NCBI GenBank assembly: GCA_001724265.1
Contig: MEDY01000186.1
Span: forward strand, 1 to 55,309
Direction of reading: 5' to 3'
DNA from: Rhizaria sp. SCN 62-66
Taxonomy: Eukaryota
DNA: 55,309 bases
The notes below the pieces were generated by a model. It saw only the letters and a list, made by a program, of their open reading frames with translations. It was not told the DNA's origin and did no database searches. A program made the translations under genes and the position numbers. Shown here one piece after another: positions 1-10,837 of this stretch (the first letter of the stretch is position 1; each line of letters begins with the position of its first letter).

Positions 1-563
1 GTAGAAGCGGGCCTTCTTCTTGTCACCCTTGATCTTGAGGTTGACGTTCTTGTTGATGTTGACACCAACCTGCTTCTGGTAGGAGCGCTCGTGCTGTAGG
101 GAGACGCGGCGAGGGGGGAAATTGACAAAGAAGAGAAACAGAAAAATAGACGATATGAGCAAATGACGACTACGCTATTCAGATGGTTGCTGCTGTGAGT
201 GTACGTTCGGAATGCCTCCAGGACGCCCCCTGCGAACGGACGAGAAGTGTCCCATTGAAGTCTTGCAGGACGCATAACCTCCAAGGGACTCACATGACAC
301 AGGGGCGCTCACGGACGGCATGCGAGTGGTAGAAGGCGTTAGTCAAGGTGCTAAGCTAGCAGGAAATTGACTGGCGCAAACAGCGGGGTCGCTGTTGGGG
401 CACGGGAGAGGGGCGGGAATCGTATCGCTGGGGACAGGGCATTGCTCGAGCCGGCACTGCAAAATGTCGGCACAAGCCCGGCCAATCCGTCGTTAGTACT
501 GCGAGTAGGCGGAAAAGATAGAAAAATGAGTATATAACGTACCTGGTCGAGAATCTCAGACAT
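1..563 (-). CDS. RPS11: 40S ribosomal protein S11 (uS17), 5' part; exon 1 543-563, intron 94-542, exon 2 93-1 (runs off window)
   Basis: Not in the ORF track as such. ATG..CAG|GTACGT donor and CTACAG| acceptor join MSEILDQ to HERSYQKQVGVNINKNVNLKIKGDKKKARFY, matching the eukaryotic uS17 N-terminus (QxERAYQKQ...RYY). Confidence 0.92.
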
Positions 564-1004
564 TTCGGATCTTTTTGAGACACAAATCGCACTTTTCCTC
601 GGGCCCTCGAGACCGTCGTGAAGCCCGCCCCCAAGCCAATCGGTGCGAGCTTGGCGACTTAACTTCCGGAAATGATATATTTTTTCGCGAACTTTGGGAC
701 TCGCCTCCAGTTCAACATTTAAAACTACAGTTAGCCACTTAAAGAAACTTGCGATAAAAATATTTTTGCATTAGCGATAAACAAATAGTAGTCGTGTATT
801 ACAAACTAGAGTTGAGATTGAATGGAAGTGTGGGTTATATGATGATATCTAATGTAAAGCGGAAGCGGCCAGAGAATTGGAGCACATAAAACATGCCAAA
901 AGTGGGGCTAGCACACGTTGTGTTTCACAAATATGAAGCAAAATTGTTTGAATAAATAAGCAACAAGCCAAACTCATCACAATATCGGTCAGATGACGAA
1001 CCAC

Positions 1005-4000
1005 TCAACCCTGACTGGTGACGTTGTTGTTATTCATGTGAAAAACAGTGTTCGCGAGCCGAAGCCGCTCCGCGACCTCCGCCTGCTCGGCATCAAGCCG
1101 CGCACGCTCGCGCTCCTCATCCTCCTGCTGCGCGCGCGTGACTTCTTGGTTGTGGACGCTAGCGTTGAGCTCCATGAGATAGCGGTCCAGCAGCTCGAGC
1201 GTGTGCGTAACGCGCGCGTGGACCACATTCTCGCCCATCGCACGGTCAAGCGGCAGCGGGACGGCGACGCTTGCGCTGCCCTCGCCCCACGCGCCCGCCG
1301 TGACGTCCACCAGCGCGGTACTCATGCCCGCGCCCGCGGTAGTCGTGCCAAACGTCTTGCGCGGGGAGATTCCGCCCGCGCCGCTGCCGCCCGCCTGGTA
1401 GATAGGGATCCCTCCGGCGGCGGCGTCATCGCCACCGTCAGCGCCGCCGTTGTAGCCCGCGGAGCCCGCGCCCGGCTGCGGGCTGAGCACGGTGACGGCA
1501 TTGACGTCGCGGTCGACCACGACCTTGAGCTGCGCGGGGAGCTTCCCCAGCAGTGCAAGCATACCTTCTTGCACCAGCGCGAGCTTCGTCGCCGCGGCCT
1601 CGACTGCTTCCTGCACCTTGAGCGTCTGTGCGGCCTTTGCGCGCACTTTGTCGCTCTCCTGGTCCACCGCGCGCCACTGCACGTCCTCGTGCGCGGCCCG
1701 CAGCTGGCGCAGCTCCTCCTTGTGCTGACGGTCAATGAGCGCCAACTCGCGGATGCGACGCTCCTTCTCGTCCATTTCGCCCTGCAACTCGGCACGGATG
1801 TCCTCCTTGAGACGGAACTTGTTCACGATCGCGTCAGGATCGTCCAACCCGGTCGCGGTAACGATCTGCTGGAACCGCGCCTTGAAGTACATCAACCGTT
1901 CGCGCACGGCCGCCAAGTGCTGCGACATGTGCGCCGCTTCCTGCTGCTTGGCCTGCATTTCGCCCTCAAGCGCGGCGATCTTGGCGCGCGTCTTAGCCTC
2001 GTCCTGCTCGCGGCGCTGCGCGGCGGCGCGCGCGCGCTGGGCGTCAACGCGCTGCGACACGGCGTGGATGGACGCGAACGAGTCGAGCTGCTGCCGCATG
2101 AACTGCTGGTACTGGCGCACCTCGGTCTGGAACGCGCTCAGCTCGCCCTCAGCACGGTCACGCTCCACAAGAGAGTGGAGACGGATCTCGTTCATGCGGC
2201 GCAGCGCGGCGTCGTTGTCGGCGCAGGCGAGGCGCAGCGCGTGCAGCCTGTGGTAGTGGTGCAGCTCCTCCTCTTTCAAATGCGCAATATTAAGCCGGTA
2301 GTTGCGCTGGTTCTGGTCCGTCTCGGCGACCTTGATCTGCACCGTGTTGAGCTTCATGTTAAGCACTTCCTCGCTCTTCTTGAACCCTTCGCCGTTGCCG
2401 CCAGCCGTCGCCGCCGCGCGCTCCGTCTCCAGCAGCGCCTGGCGCGCCTTGATCGCGGCAGCCAGTTCGCGGCCCTTCGCACTGAGCGAGTCATGCTCGC
2501 CACGCAGCGCAGCAACCCAGTCGTGCGCTTTGGTGAGGTCAGCGGGCGCGTCCATGCTGCCGGCGGCCGTGCTCTGCATCTCGGTGACAAGGCCAGCGAT
2601 CGAGCGCATGAACTGAGCGCGCACCTGACCAGCGCCCACGGTCGGCCGTGATGCCAGCGCAGTGCCCGTGGGCGCCGCCGTCGCGGGCCGGTGTCCCTGC
2701 TGCTGCTGGCCGGCGGGACCCAGAGAAAAGTTCTTGTTCGGGCCGGTGCCGTCGTGGCCGCCGGGCGCGGTGCCGGGGCGGCCAGTGAGCCCGCTCGACG
2801 ACCCGTTGCCGGACTGCGTTTGTCCGTACTTATCGCGCTTGACCGACTCGAAGTAGTCCTGCATCGGGCCGAAGCGGTCAGGCGCGACGTTGCCGGCCCA
2901 GTACCCCGCGCCCTCCTGCGCGACGATCTCCTCCACGGTGTTCTGCGCCGCCTCGGCGGGCTCGACCAGCGCGCGACAGTCGGCGGCGAACTCCTCGGCC
3001 TCACGCACCTTGAGCGTGGCCATGCCGTGGCCCCAGTGCTGCCGCAGCTCGGCAATGGCGGCACCCGTCTGCATCAGCTCCGCGCGCGCGAGGCCGTGCG
3101 GGAGGTGGCGCACCGCGGCGAGCTTCATCGCGTACTCCTCGCGCTCGGCCGCGAACCACAGTGCAGTCTCCTGGTCGATACGCGAGCACGGCGCAGCGGC
3201 GAGAGCGACGGTGTGGTGCTCACCGCAGGCCACTTGGCCGACGACGGACCCCGTGATCGCCTCGACGACGCGGGGCACTAGAGTCGACTCGTCCGCGCCG
3301 TGGCCGAGCTGGCCGTTCTCGCCGCAGCCCCACGTGTAGAGCGTGCCGAACGCGGTCGCCGCGATCGAGTGGTACCGCCCCGCGGCGACCTGCGCGATAG
3401 CCTTCCCGAGCAGGACGAGGCGGGGCACGCGCAAGGGCGCGGCGATGCCGTGGCCGAGCTGGCCATAGGTACCGGAGCCCCACGCGTACACGTCGCCCTT
3501 GGCCGTGAGAGCGACGATGTGCGCCTGTCCCGACGCGACCTGGATGATCGGCTCGCGCACAGTCACCCGCACAGGGCGGTACGCAAAGCATGGGGCGTCG
3601 GGGCCGGTCGCGGGGAGCAAGTGCTCGCCGAAGCCGAAGACGTACACGCTGCCGTTAGCGCCGACTGCCGCGGTGTGGATCGCACCGCAGGAGACCTGGA
3701 CAATGCGCAGCGCGAGCGGCTGTGGGAGACGCGCGCACAAAGCCGCCACGGTCCCGGCCTCGCCACCGGCAGCGGCGGCCGCGCGCGGGGACAGCGCAGT
3801 GCCGTTCGCCTCAGCATCGGCCGCAGCGGCAGCAGAGGAGCTGCTGTTGTCGGCGGCGGAGGCGAGTGAAGAGCCCTGCTGCTGCTGCTGCTGCTGCTGC
3901 ATGGCGGAAAGCCCCGTGAAGGAGCTGACCGCGGAGCTAGACTGTTGCGCGGTTGACAGAGGGTCGAGCCAGGCGTCAACCCCGGTGGCCATGCCGGAGA

Positions 4001-5000
4001 CGGCGGCCAAGTCTGCCTCAGGCGGCGACGCGTCGTCGGCAAAAAACGACACGGGCCGCGGGCGAACCTCGGCGTCGTGCTTCTGGCGCCCGTGGCCGAG
4101 CTGGCCGTTGTCGCCGCAGCCCCAGGTGTAGAGCGTGCCGGCCTCGGTCACGGCCGCGGAGTGGCGGTCGCCGCACGAGACGTCGACGAAGCGAGCTGAC
4201 GTGGTAATCTCACGCGGGGTGTCCACGCGCTGGCGGTCGCCGTGGCCGCACTGGCCAAACTTGGACGAACCCCACGTGTACATCCGGCCCTTGTCGGACA
4301 GCGCCAGCGAGTGACCCTGGCCGAGCGCAATTTTGACGATGAAGGTCCCCTTGAGCGCGTCGACGGGTGCTGGAACCTGCTGGTTCGTGGTGCACTTGGG
4401 CGTGTAGCCAAGCTGTGAGGACCGCGCGTCGCCCCACGTGTAAACCTGGCCGTCGTCAGTCAGCGCGGCCGTGTGGAGCGCACCGCAGGCAATCTGGCGC
4501 ACAGCGACGGGGAGCTCGACGCGCTGCGGCACGGTCGCGTACTTGGGCTGGCCGCGAGAGAACCGGCATCCGCCAAGCTGGCCGTGATAGCCGGCACCCC
4601 ATGACCACACGAACGTGCCGCGCTGCTGCAGCGGGAGACGATTGCGCGCGTCCTTAGCTTCCTTGATGGCGCCGCCAGAGCCGGAGTCCTTCGACGTCGA
4701 GACCGTCATGGTACCCGGGGAGCCGACGGAGCCGCCGCGGGTGATAATCTTATACATAGAGTCGAAGATCAGGTGGCGCTTGGCCATGTCCGGAGGCGGG
4801 CCCTGCTCAACGTTGCCCTGGGTGAGCATCATATTGGTCGCGGCGGTCTCCTCGGCGGTGGGGCCTGCAGACGGATCGCTGCTACTGCTGCTGCTGTAGC
4901 CAGAGCCAGACTGCTGTGAGCGGAGCGAGGACGACGCACCCGCGGAAGACGCGTTGCCCATGCGGGACGGACCCATAGTCCCAGTCCGGGATAAGCTCAT
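1005..5000 (-). CDS. RCC1-repeat beta-propeller protein with C-terminal coiled coil resembling outer dynein arm docking subunit DC1/CCDC151 (ODAD3)
   Basis: 1331-aa ORF with about 7 RCC1 repeats (e.g. IACGALHTAALTDDGQVYTWG, VASGQAHIVALTAKGDVYAWGSGTYGQLG), then a long coiled coil containing FQQIVTATGLDDPDAIVNKF. Ends TGA. RCC1 call is firm; the ODAD3 resemblance is tentative. Confidence 0.85.
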   Translation of the reverse strand: MSLSRTGTMGPSRMGNASSAGASSSLRSQQSGSGYSSSSSSDPSAGPTAEETAATNMMLTQGNVEQGPPPDMAKRHLIFDSMYKIITRGGSVGSPGTMTVSTSKDSGSGGAIKEAKDARNRLPLQQRGTFVWSWGAGYHGQLGGCRFSRGQPKYATVPQRVELPVAVRQIACGALHTAALTDDGQVYTWGDARSSQLGYTPKCTTNQQVPAPVDALKGTFIVKIALGQGHSLALSDKGRMYTWGSSKFGQCGHGDRQRVDTPREITTSARFVDVSCGDRHSAAVTEAGTLYTWGCGDNGQLGHGRQKHDAEVRPRPVSFFADDASPPEADLAAVSGMATGVDAWLDPLSTAQQSSSAVSSFTGLSAMQQQQQQQQGSSLASAADNSSSSAAAAADAEANGTALSPRAAAAAGGEAGTVAALCARLPQPLALRIVQVSCGAIHTAAVGANGSVYVFGFGEHLLPATGPDAPCFAYRPVRVTVREPIIQVASGQAHIVALTAKGDVYAWGSGTYGQLGHGIAAPLRVPRLVLLGKAIAQVAAGRYHSIAATAFGTLYTWGCGENGQLGHGADESTLVPRVVEAITGSVVGQVACGEHHTVALAAAPCSRIDQETALWFAAEREEYAMKLAAVRHLPHGLARAELMQTGAAIAELRQHWGHGMATLKVREAEEFAADCRALVEPAEAAQNTVEEIVAQEGAGYWAGNVAPDRFGPMQDYFESVKRDKYGQTQSGNGSSSGLTGRPGTAPGGHDGTGPNKNFSLGPAGQQQQGHRPATAAPTGTALASRPTVGAGQVRAQFMRSIAGLVTEMQSTAAGSMDAPADLTKAHDWVAALRGEHDSLSAKGRELAAAIKARQALLETERAAATAGGNGEGFKKSEEVLNMKLNTVQIKVAETDQNQRNYRLNIAHLKEEELHHYHRLHALRLACADNDAALRRMNEIRLHSLVERDRAEGELSAFQTEVRQYQQFMRQQLDSFASIHAVSQRVDAQRARAAAQRREQDEAKTRAKIAALEGEMQAKQQEAAHMSQHLAAVRERLMYFKARFQQIVTATGLDDPDAIVNKFRLKEDIRAELQGEMDEKERRIRELALIDRQHKEELRQLRAAHEDVQWRAVDQESDKVRAKAAQTLKVQEAVEAAATKLALVQEGMLALLGKLPAQLKVVVDRDVNAVTVLSPQPGAGSAGYNGGADGGDDAAAGGIPIYQAGGSGAGGISPRKTFGTTTAGAGMSTALVDVTAGAWGEGSASVAVPLPLDRAMGENVVHARVTHTLELLDRYLMELNASVHNQEVTRAQQEDEERERARLDAEQAEVAERLRLANTVFHMNNNNVTSQG

Positions 5001-5591
5001 TGCGCTTGTAAGCCGGAAGGGCGAGTGTGGAGGGCGATGTGTTCGAAGAGGTAACGAAAAGAGCGGTCTTCTCGGTGCAGCAAAGAGTGCCTAAACAAAC
5101 AGCACAAGAAGCGCGGTTGAAGATGGGCACGTTTAAGATAAGATACAATGATATGAAGTCAATCGTGCGGTAACTCGAGGCTAGTGAAAGGCACATGAGA
5201 TGTTCCGATTACGAACTTTAGGTCGCAACAGAACACCGTCTTCGGGAGAGCTTTACCCTCTTGAAATTCGCGGTAGAGGCCGCCAATACAAAATGTAAAT
5301 TGGCATAAGAATGAAAATCATAAACATTAATTGTTGCTTTTTTAGCAATTCACCAACGTATCCAGTTTACGCACACGATTCGAATTTGATTCCACACTCA
5401 CAAACCGTTATCCTTTTTGAATCGAACAACCACTGCAACGGCTCTCTCTCTCTCTGGTCAGGCCGGTTCTTAAAAAATCGACCCATGCTGCTGACGGTCG
5501 GTCATTCGGCCTGCAATGAAGATGTCAATTATATCTACCGAGCATCCGTCAATAGAACTGTGATAAACAATTCCAGATTTATTGATCAAAC

Positions 5592-8500
5592 ATGTTCCGT
5601 GCTTTATTACAAGGCTCTACCAGGGCTGCTGTGTCCCGTCCTATTCTCTCCCGCCGTGCGCCGCCCTCGACCGCGTCTTCACTCGCGTCCGTCCCCGCTG
5701 AGCACCTCCTCACGCGCGCCCAACCTCGTCTCTTCGGCCCTGCGCCTCCCACGGACTTTTCCGCGTCTTGCCCCGCTTTTGCGCATGTATCTCGCCCCAT
5801 CACGGCCTCGGTGTCCTCCCGTGACACCGTCCGCCGTTTCTTCTCGAAAAAGCCCACTGTGACAACTTCTCTCGGTCACAGCGCTCCCACTGCTGCAGTG
5901 AGCGCCGGCGCCCCCAACGGCTCCGCGGCTGCCTCGACTGACGCCACCTCTGCCGCTGCATTTCTGGCGAGTTTCTCACTCGACGAAGAAGAAGAGGCCC
6001 TGCTGGCGAGCTCGGCGCTGCCGTCGGCCGAGGAGCGCGCCGCCACGAAGCGTTTGCAGAAGCGGCTCGCGCAATACGATGAGAGTCTCGCTGCGGAGTA
6101 CGTCGAGGAGCTTGCCAGCCACGACGCCAGTCCAGCTGAGCTGCTCAAGCGTGCGCAGCGGCAAGCAGCAGCGACGTCGACCGGCGCTGCGACCGCAGTG
6201 CCAACAGTGACCGCCGCTGTGCTAAGCAAGGCTGGGGTCGGTGTTGGCATGGGCATTGGCGCTGGCAAGAGCGCGCTGGCAGATGTTGGCACCGTCACCG
6301 TGCTTGATATCCCTCCGCAGCATGCCGCGGCCCCGCAAAGCAAGACTGACGCGGCAGCGAAGACCGCGGCTGCCGACGGTAACCAACAGCATCAGCAGCA
6401 AAATGAAGCAAGTGCCAGCGCCGCGGCAGCCGGTGCGCCGCAGACTGCGGAGGGTTTGTTCGGCATGTCCTCTCTAGGAGACTACTCGGTCCACTTCCCG
6501 GATCCGCTGATCTATACAGGTACGCTTGATCACCCGTTGCAAAATCAGCAACCTCACAAAGATATGACTAAGTTGTGAGCCCCTATCACGGACAACAACA
6601 TATTGATGTTTTGCAATTCCAGTTATCAGCCCAAGCGCTCACTTTCTATGCTCTCTGTTCTCATTTGTTCTCAACTTGCTCTTGTTTTTGTGCTTCTGCG
6701 CCTGTAGGCACTGAGCGCGTGCGGTGGGTGCCCCCGTCCTCTGCCTTCAACCCTTTCGCTTTCCCGGTCCTCGACGTCTCCACACTGTGCATCGAGCCTG
6801 ATGAGATCGTCCAGCTCGCCGCTTCCAAGGAAGCTGAGGCCGCCGCAACGCCAGCCTCAGCAGTCACCGACAAGGATACCAAGAGCAAGAGCTCAGCAAC
6901 TGCGAAAGGTGCCAAGTCTGCCGCCGCCGGTGCAGCAGCTGCTGCTGCTGCAGAGCCGGCGTTGGAGTCCGCGGCGGCGCGGTCTCTTGCGGCAGCATAC
7001 GGCAACTTGTCAGAGATCACGCAGTCACTGATGACCAACGGGGGCGGGCTCGCGCCAGAGCAGCAGCATTAGCAGCAGCAGCAGCAGCAGCAGAAGCAGC
7101 AGCATATGAATAGCTACGGAACTGGTGCTGCTCACGGCCACCCCCACGCGCCCGGCATGCCCCCGGGCCCTGCGGGCGCTAGTGGGCCCTTCGTCAGCGG
7201 TCCCAACATGTCTGACAGTGCTAAAACTACTACAAGCGCGAACAAAACGAACGCTAACCCGCCGAATATGGCCAATGCTGGTGGTGCTGGTGCTGCTGCA
7301 AGGAAGGATGATGATAATGAGAGCGGGCAAGGTATGTTAGGCCACGAATCCGCTCTTCCTCAGGGAGCTGTGCAGTTTAGGCAGTCCCTCGCCAAGTTTC
7401 CGCGTCCCCTGGTTGTCCGCTTCCCGGTCCCGCGCGCTCTGCAACAGGACATCACGGCCGTCTTCATTGCGCCCATGCCACGCACTGCGCAGGAGGCCGT
7501 CGCGGCCGAGGAGCAGCGCGCACGCCGCGCACGCCTGGCCTCGGGTGCTCCACCCACGCGTACAGGTACTTCTGCTCCGGACCACACCGCGGATGCCGCC
7601 GCCGTGGTGGGCACCGAGCTCGCCGGAGTCGCGCGTTACCTCCAGGCAAGTCACGGGTTACCCCGCGCCGACGACGCGCCGGTGCGCGTGACCCCTCGCG
7701 TGTCTCTGCCTGCCTCGGCCAAGAGCAAGGCCCCGCCCGCAAGCGCCAAGGCCCGCGCACAGACCCAGGCACAGGCACGTGCGAACAAGGTCCACGGCCG
7801 CGCTGTCGCCAACGCCAACAAAGCCGGAGCCGGTGGCTCAGGTGCCGCCGGTACGGCTGAGGAGGCTGTGCGCCGCGAGGCCGCCAAGGCGCCGCCGGTG
7901 CGCGTGGCACAACGTGCCTCACACTCTGGCGGCCGGTTTGACGTGTATATGGCGGACGAGCACGGGACCACGCTGTTCTTCTCGTCCCGCGCCGGTGTCG
8001 CCGCCAAGGGCGAGCTGCGCGTGACCGCCGCGGCGATTGAGCGGCATCACATCCTCGGTCTGTCGCGTCCGCCGCGTCTGCTGCCGCTGCCGCCGCCGCT
8101 GGCGCAGGCCGAGGCGGCCGCCACGCGCGCGCGCGGTGGCAAACCCGGTGCGGACGCGGAGGAGATCTGCGGCGTGCTTGAGTTCGAGGTCGCGCGTGTC
8201 ACCACGACGTACCAGGCGGGTGATCCCTACGGTGAACCGTCGAGCAGCATCACGTTCCGTGCCCGCGAGGTCGATTTCTTACTCCGGTCGGTCATTTTCG
8301 GCGTGCATTTGCCCGCGCCTGTGCCGCCGGTGTATGCGCATGCCGTCGAGCGCAGTCTCACCGCCGTGGCCAAGAGCGACAACAGCGGTAGCAAGGCGGA
8401 TAAGACTGCGACTGAGAGCGAGGATGACCGGCGCCGCGCGCTGGCGGGACGGTTGTGTATGGCGCTGTACGGCCAGGGCGCCAACGTCGCGTCCACACGG

Positions 8501-8827
8501 TCGCCGCTGCGGCACCCCGTGGTCGCGGCCGAGGAGCTGGGCTCGGTTGAGCTGGCCGTGCTCTACGGCGACCCGCGCGAGTTGTTCCCTAAGGAAACCA
8601 CGCGCATCGCGACTGAAGAACAGTTGGAAATGGTGATGGCTTCGCTTAAGGGCGACGCGGCCAAGGATGTGGTGACGGACTCGGCCATGAACGCGCCGCC
8701 CGGGATGCCCACCGAGACCGAGGGCGCTGCTGCGAGCAACACGAGCGCGGATGCGTCGGCTGAAGACGCTGAGGAGGCGGAGGCGGCGGATGCTGCAGCG
8801 ACGCCGACTCAAAGTGCGACTCAGTGA
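5592..8827 (+). CDS. Hypothetical protein with mitochondrial-presequence-like N-terminus; intron 6520-6707; in-frame TAG 7070-7072 (~1015 aa if TAG is sense)
   Basis: Arg/Ser/Ala-rich, acid-poor N-terminus (MFRALLQGSTRAAVSRPILSRR). Phase-1 intron ACAG|GTACGC...CTGTAG|GC joins ORF 5592 to the frame of ORF 6575, which is in frame with ORF 7106-8827 across one TAG in a CAG run. Ends TGA. Confidence 0.7.
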
Positions 8828-9475
8828 ACGACGTGCAGCGGACAAGGAATATGTGGATTTATGTATTTATTAGGACTAATTTAAGTAAAGCCCATTTGTT
8901 ATGTTTCAATAGACAATATTTATAATTCAAATGTGTTTTATTTTCATAAAGAAATGATTTTTTGAATGTGTTTGATGGCTTGGGTCAATGCTTTTTTCGG
9001 AACTGCGGTCCAGGTGAACAGGTTGTTCACCAAATTGATCGATCGAGAAAACGGTTTGCGAACTCGCGAGCTGCTAGCGTCAGATGTCCGACGGTTATTG
9101 GCTTGTAGGCACTGTATGCATTTTCAATGACACGGTGCTTTGAAATACTAGTATTTCACCCCATCTTGCGCGTATGCCGCATTCACACGCGCCATCTTGG
9201 TTTGACCTACTGCCCAACAGTCAATTTAGAGGGAGCCATCTCCCCTAGACCCAAAGCTTAAGACCCATTCACCAGTTCGCACCAGCCGCCCTGGAGTGCG
9301 TTCTCACCACTTATTTCTACCAAACTTATGCACCATCTCACTGTTTCCCGCTTTTCTCGTCCCGTTTTTCTTCTGCCCCTTCTCCTTGCCTTATCCTCCT
9401 CTTGGTCCCCCGCCCACTTCCCCCCCGTTTCCCGTCACTGCCCGGCCTCCTCCGCGCCTCCCAGACACCTTCCCC

Positions 9476-9682
9476 ATGGACCCTGGCAAGGACGAGGTTC
9501 ACGACAAGGCCGACGACGGCAAGGCGCACCTCAAGTCGCTTCCCGTGCGTGCCTACCTCGATCAGACGGTGGTGCCCATCTTGCTCCAGGGCATGGCTGA
9601 GCTTGTTAAGGCCCGTCCCGAGAACCCCGTGCAGTGGCTCGCGACGTACCTGCTCAACAACAACCCTGCCAGCAAGAAGTAA
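9476..9682 (+). CDS. DPY30: DPY-30 motif protein (COMPASS subunit DPY30/Sdc1-like), 68 aa
   Basis: [40 protein letters not shown] is the canonical Dpy-30 motif. ATG at 9476, TAA stop. Confidence 0.93.
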   Translation: MDPGKDEVHDKADDGKAHLKSLPVRAYLDQTVVPILLQGMAELVKARPENPVQWLATYLLNNNPASKK

Positions 9683-10837
9683 GCCGGCACACGGGCTGTT
9701 GTGCAGTCTCTCTCGCGCGCTCGCTTGCTTGCTACACATGCTACCAGCGCCACAGCAACTAACGGTTGTCGAGTGTTGAGTTGAGAGTCAAGGGAGTGTG
9801 CATCTGTGTGTGGATCTGTGGTGTTATTTAGTTATAGTGTGTGGCAGTGGAGCTGTCATAGCAAATTGTATTGTGGACAGTTGCTGTGACTTCTGCGTGG
9901 TACAATGTATGTATGCCACCTCTACTCGCCTGAGTGTCCTTGTTTAATTTCTCTACCTATGTTTTGTTTCCCTTCATTACTTACAACATGCCTCTTCTAT
10001 TTAGTATCGTTTCATCAGCAACGACATGGACATTTGGCGCACACACACTATAACTACACTTAGCACCACATTACACACATATCCTCCCGATTCAAACACC
10101 CTCTTCATAACTTCGGTTTGCACTCGACGCTTTTGTGGCGACAGCGGGGTTCGCTAGCACACGTAGACAGCGTGCGCGCGTGCGCGCGGCTGCACTTCAA
10201 CCTATACCGCAAAAAAAAAAGACAAGAAACACACATAATCACAAACAAAAACCCTTTCTAAACTCGAGACCATTGATTGGTAATGAATGAAACCAGTTTT
10301 CCCTTCCCCCTCCCAACAACATAAGTATGGCAGCACCATTGAGGCGCATAGCAACAGATACACTCGCATTTACGCGACACATGGTCCGTCTTACAGCGAC
10401 AGTAGAGATATGCTGCTGACTGACCATGACGCATTTTCCCCCACACCGAACGTTTTGTACCGTTCTAGCTCTCTCACGTACAGAGCAAATGCAGCGTCAA
10501 CCACCGTGTACTTCGGTGTGCGACTGCTTCTATATGTAACTCCGCAACAACATACTGCATGGTTTATCTGCATCGTAACTGGCTGAGATCAGACCAGGGC
10601 TGTGGCGCGTAAAAATCTGTGCAATGTTGCGATTCTGTGCTCTGCTGCGATACCATGTTCGCTATCAACAATAAACAAACACAATTTTCTTCAATCGTCG
10701 GAGTCATAAATTAACTGGACTTGCTTTGTATCTCATTGCTGTATTTCTAAATCATTCTCGCAATTGGTGTTGCTAGGTTATCATTGTGGGCGGTGAAGCA
10801 TCTTGTTGCATCAACAACATCTTGGTCAAGACAAAAC

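Noticed and set aside
94-542. Long RPS11 intron as a possible snoRNA host
   Set aside because: No canonical C box (RUGAUGA) seen on the sense strand. H/ACA structure cannot be judged by eye and needs an Infernal/Rfam search.
993-2651. 552-aa antisense ORF, and similar long overlapping ORFs (e.g. 50208-51785, 51789-53684, 40342-42070)
   Set aside because: Expected from GC-rich codon bias opposite real genes; no recognisable motifs.
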